Assembly: GCA_002189035.1 (NCBI GenBank)
Contig: NEEC01000159.1
Coordinates: 1-64,000 of the forward strand
DNA length: 64,000 bases
Source of the DNA: Utricularia gibba
Lineage: Eukaryota; Plantae; Magnoliophyta
Direction: 5' to 3'
Part shown: piece after piece, positions 60,901 to 64,000 of the stretch
Position numbering within the stretch: the first letter of the stretch is position 1
Layout of the letters: every line of letters begins with the position of its first letter
The notes under the pieces: model-generated
Database searches by the model: none
Told to the model about the DNA's origin: nothing
What the model saw: the letters and a program-made list of their open reading frames with translations, nothing else
Made by a program: the position numbers and the translations under genes

Positions 60901-63900
60901 TGAAATATGGGTTTTCGAGGCGATCTTTGCACATGCTTAGGGTGTGTCCCTACCCGAAGCCTCATGGTTTCCTCGCACACCGTTCGGCATCTCGTCGATA
61001 TCCTGAAGACCGTGATGAGTCACGCTGCGCCCGGAATACCGTTTCGAAGCTCGTTCCGAGCCGGTCATCTTCCGTGTTGAAGCTTCTTCGTCCGAGGATG
61101 CATCAGAGCTCGAATTATCGCCTTATATTAGCCTTCAGATGTGCCACAAAGTGGCCACCACGTTCGCGACGATGCGACTTGGAACACCAAAATCGACGAT
61201 TTGATTTTCGGCTTGCAAAACATCTGCGTTTTTTCGGGTGATGTGAAATATGGGTTTTCGAGGCGATCTTTGCACATGCTTAGGGTGTGTCCCTACCCGA
61301 AGCCTCATGGTTTCCTCGCACACCGTTCGGCATCTCGTCGATATCCTGAAGACCGTGATGAGTCACGCTGCGCCCGGCATACCGTTTCGAAGCTCGTTCC
61401 GAGCCGGTCATCTTCCGTGTTTAAAGCTTCTTCGTCCGAGGATGCATCAGAGCTCGAATTATCGCCTTCTATTAGCCTTCAGATGTGCCACAAAGTGGCC
61501 ACCACGTTCGCGACGATGCGACTTGGAACACCAAAATCGACGCGATTGTGATTTTCGGCTTGCAAAACATCTGCGTTTTTTCGGGTGATGTGAAATATGG
61601 GTTTTCGAGGCGATCTTTGCACATGCTTAGGTGTGTCCCTACCCGAAGCCTCATGGTTTCCTCGCACACCGTTCGGCATCTCGTCGATATCCTGAAGACC
61701 GTGATGAGTCACGCTGCGCCCGGAATACCGTTTCGAAGCTCGTTCCGAGCCGGTCATCTTCCGTGTTGAATGCTTCTTCGTCCGAGATGCATCAGAGCTC
61801 GAATTATCGCCTTATATTAGCCTTCAGATGTGCCACAAAGTGGCCACCACGTTCGCGACGATGCGACTTGAACAAATCGACGCGATTGTGATTTTCGGCT
61901 TGCAAAACATCTGCGTTTTTTGGGTGATGTGAAATATGGGTTTTCGAGGCGATCTTTGCACATGCTTAGGGTGTGTCCCTACCGAAGCCTCATGGTTTCC
62001 TCGCACACCGTTCGGCATCTCGTCGATATCCTGAAGACCGTGATGAGTCACGCTGCGCCCGGGCATACCGTTTCGAAGCTCGTTCCGAGCCGGTCATCTT
62101 CCGTGTTTGAAGCTTCTTCGTCCGAGGATGCATCAGAGCTCGAATTATCGCCTTCTATTAGCCTTCAGATGCGCCACAAAGTGGCCACCACGTTCGCGAC
62201 GATGCGACTTGGAACACCAGAATCGACGCGATTGTGATTTTCGGCTTGCAAAACATCTGCGTTTTTTGGGTGATGTGAAATATGGGTTTTCGAGGCGATC
62301 TTTGCACATGCTTAGGGTGTGTCCTACCCGAAGCCTCATGGTCCTCGCACACCGTCGGCATCTCGTCGATATCCTGAAGACCGATGAGTCACGCTGCGCC
62401 CGGCATACCGTTTCGAAGCTCGTTCCGAGCCGGTCATCTTCCGTGTTGAAAAGCTTCTTCGTCCGAGGATGCATCAGAGCTCGAATTATCGCCTTTCTAT
62501 TAGCCTTCAGATGTGCCACAAAGTGGCCACCACGTTCGCGACGATGCGACTTGGAACACCAAATCGACGCGATTGAATTTTCGGCTTGCAAACATCTTTT
62601 CGGGTGATGTGAAATATGGTTTTCGAGGCGATCTTTGCACATGCTTAGGGTGTCCCTACCCGAAGCCTCATGGTTTCCTCGCACACCGTTCGGCATCTCG
62701 TCGATATCCTGAAGACCGTGATGAGTCACGCTGCGCCCGGCATACCGTTTCGAAGCTCGTTCCGAGCCGGTCATCTTCCGTGTTGAAGCTTCTTCGTCCG
62801 AGGATGCATCAGAGCTCGAATTATCGCCTTATTAGCCTTCAGATGTGCACAAAGTGGCCACCACGTTCGCGACGATGCGACTTGAACACCAAAATCGACG
62901 TGATTGTAATTTTCGGCTTGCAAAACATCTGCGTTTTTTCGGGTGATGTGAAATATGGGTTTTCGAGGCGATCTTTGCACATGCTTAGGTGTGTCCCTAC
63001 TCGAAGCCTCATGGTTTCCTCGCACACCGTTCGGCATCTCGTCGATATCCTGAAGACCGTGATGAGTCACGCTGCGCCCGGAATACCGTTTCGAAGCTCG
63101 TTCCGAGCCGGTCATCTTCCGTGTTGAAGCTTCTTCGTCCGAGATGCATCAGAGCTCGAATTATCGCCTTCTATTAGCCTTCAGATGCGCCACAAAGTGG
63201 CCACCACGTTCGCGACGATGCGACTTGAACACCAAAATCGACGCGATTGTGATTTTCGGCTTGCAAAACATCTGCGTTTTTGGGTGATGTGAAATATGGG
63301 TTTTCGAGGCGATCTTTGCACATGCTTAGGGTGTGTCCCTACCCGAAGCCTCATGGTTTCCTCGCACACCGTTCGGCATCTCGTCGATATCCTGAAGACC
63401 GTGATGAGTCACGCTGCGCCCGGAATACCGTTTCGAAGCTCGTTCCGAGCCGGTCATCTTCCGTGTTGAATGCTTCTTCGTCCGAGGATGCATAAGAGCT
63501 CGAATTATCGCCTTATATTAGCCTTCAGATGTGCCACAAAGTGGCCACCACGTTCGCGACGATGCGACTTGGAACACCAAAATCGACGTGATTGTAATTT
63601 TCGGCTTGCAAAACATCTGCGTTTTTTCGGTGATGTGAAAAATGGGTTTTCGAGGCGATCTTTGCACATGCTTAGGGTGTGTCCCTACCGAAGCCTCATG
63701 GTTTCCTCGCACACCGTTCGGCATCTCGTCGATATCCTGAAGACCGTGATGAGTCACGCTGCGCCCGGAATACCGTTTCGAAGCTCGTTCCGAGCCGGTC
63801 ATCTTCCGTGTTTAAAGCTTCTTCGTCCGAGGATGCATCAGAGCTCGAATTATCGCCTTCTATTAGCCTTCAGATGTGCCACAAAGTGGCCACCACGTTC

Positions 63901-64000
63901 GCGACGATGCGACTTGGAACACCAAAATCGACGCGATTGTGATTTTCGGCTTGCAAAACATCTGCGTTTTTTCGGGTGATGTGAAATATGGGTTTTCGAG
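48906..64000 (+). repeat. Satellite subfamily block 4 (same subfamily as block 2)
   Basis: AGATGTGCC, TTGGAACACCAAAA, GACGTGATTGTAATT, CCTTATATT and TTGAATGC return immediately after 48906. It shares the rare block-2 variants GACGACGCG, ATACCTTTT, CCTACTCG and GACACGATT. Confidence 0.87.

Larger units (their letters stand above)
1..64000 (+). repeat. Tandem satellite DNA array, ~346-347 bp monomer, ~185 head-to-tail copies
   Basis: The same unit (AATCGACGCGATTGTGATTTTCGGCTTGCAAAACATCTGCG...GCCACAAAGTGGCCACCACGTTCGCGACGATGCGACTTG(T/G)AACACCA(G/A)) recurs from base 1 to 64000 with no unique sequence and no inverted copies seen. The first 34 units span 11670 bp (~343 bp mean, shortened by small deletions). 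Clean copies are 346-347 bp. Confidence 0.99.

Noticed and set aside
1-64000. Hundreds of 60-269 aa ORFs on both strands (e.g. 30991-31800, 20253-21035)
   Set aside because: All are translations of the same monomer. The 347 bp period is not a multiple of 3, ORF ends are set by random indels, and I recognise no protein domain.
1-64000. CRISPR array
   Set aside because: There are no unique spacers, the entire 347 bp unit repeats, and no cas genes are present.
1-64000. Rolling-circle concatemer of a ~347 nt circle (viroid-like, eccDNA or minicircle)
   Set aside because: A single template cannot give regional subfamilies, alternating dimers and rare variants shared tens of kb apart. No long rod-like self-complementarity was seen.
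1-64000. Functional 5S rDNA array (unit length would be plausible)
   Set aside because: There is no contiguous ~120 nt 5S gene, intact internal control region or T-run terminator after a gene. Only short fragmentary resemblances exist, reported as a hypothesis.
1-64000. Transposon insertions or inverted monomer blocks
   Set aside because: No terminal repeats, target-site duplications or non-satellite segment longer than ~60 bp were seen, and all monomers read in one orientation.
1-64000. Assignment to a named satellite family or organism
   Set aside because: I do not recognise the sequence, and monomer length alone is not diagnostic. It needs BLASTn of 8593-8939 against nt and satellite or repeat databases.

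Overview
The whole 64 kb window is one uninterrupted head-to-tail tandem satellite array. I found no genes, RNA genes, transposons or CRISPR arrays, and every ORF in the track is a translation of the same repeat. The monomer is 346-347 bp (clean copy 8593-8939). By hand count it is about 52% GC with 34 CpG, and there are roughly 185 copies, all in one orientation. Diagnostic variant columns split the array into four blocks. Block 1 (1-~11.6 kb) contains a strict ~693 bp two-monomer higher-order repeat (HOR). Block 2 (~11.6-36.1 kb) is a different subfamily. Block 3 (~36.1-48.9 kb) is a third subfamily with its own, more diverged dimer HOR. Block 4 (48.9-64 kb) returns to the block-2 subfamily and shares its rare variants. 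Block 3 therefore looks like a ~12.8 kb foreign segment inside the block 2/4 array, ending at the only clean phase break in the window (48905/48906, ~189 bp of monomer skipped). The sequence also has many small deletions, gaps at polymorphic columns and locally scrambled patches, as expected from a noisy long-read consensus over a collapsed repeat. Fine structure therefore needs read-level confirmation. I found no convincing novel gene system. Short 5S-rRNA-like segments, dyad enrichment and a CG/CHG transition bias are given as testable hypotheses only. The organism and satellite family could not be identified.
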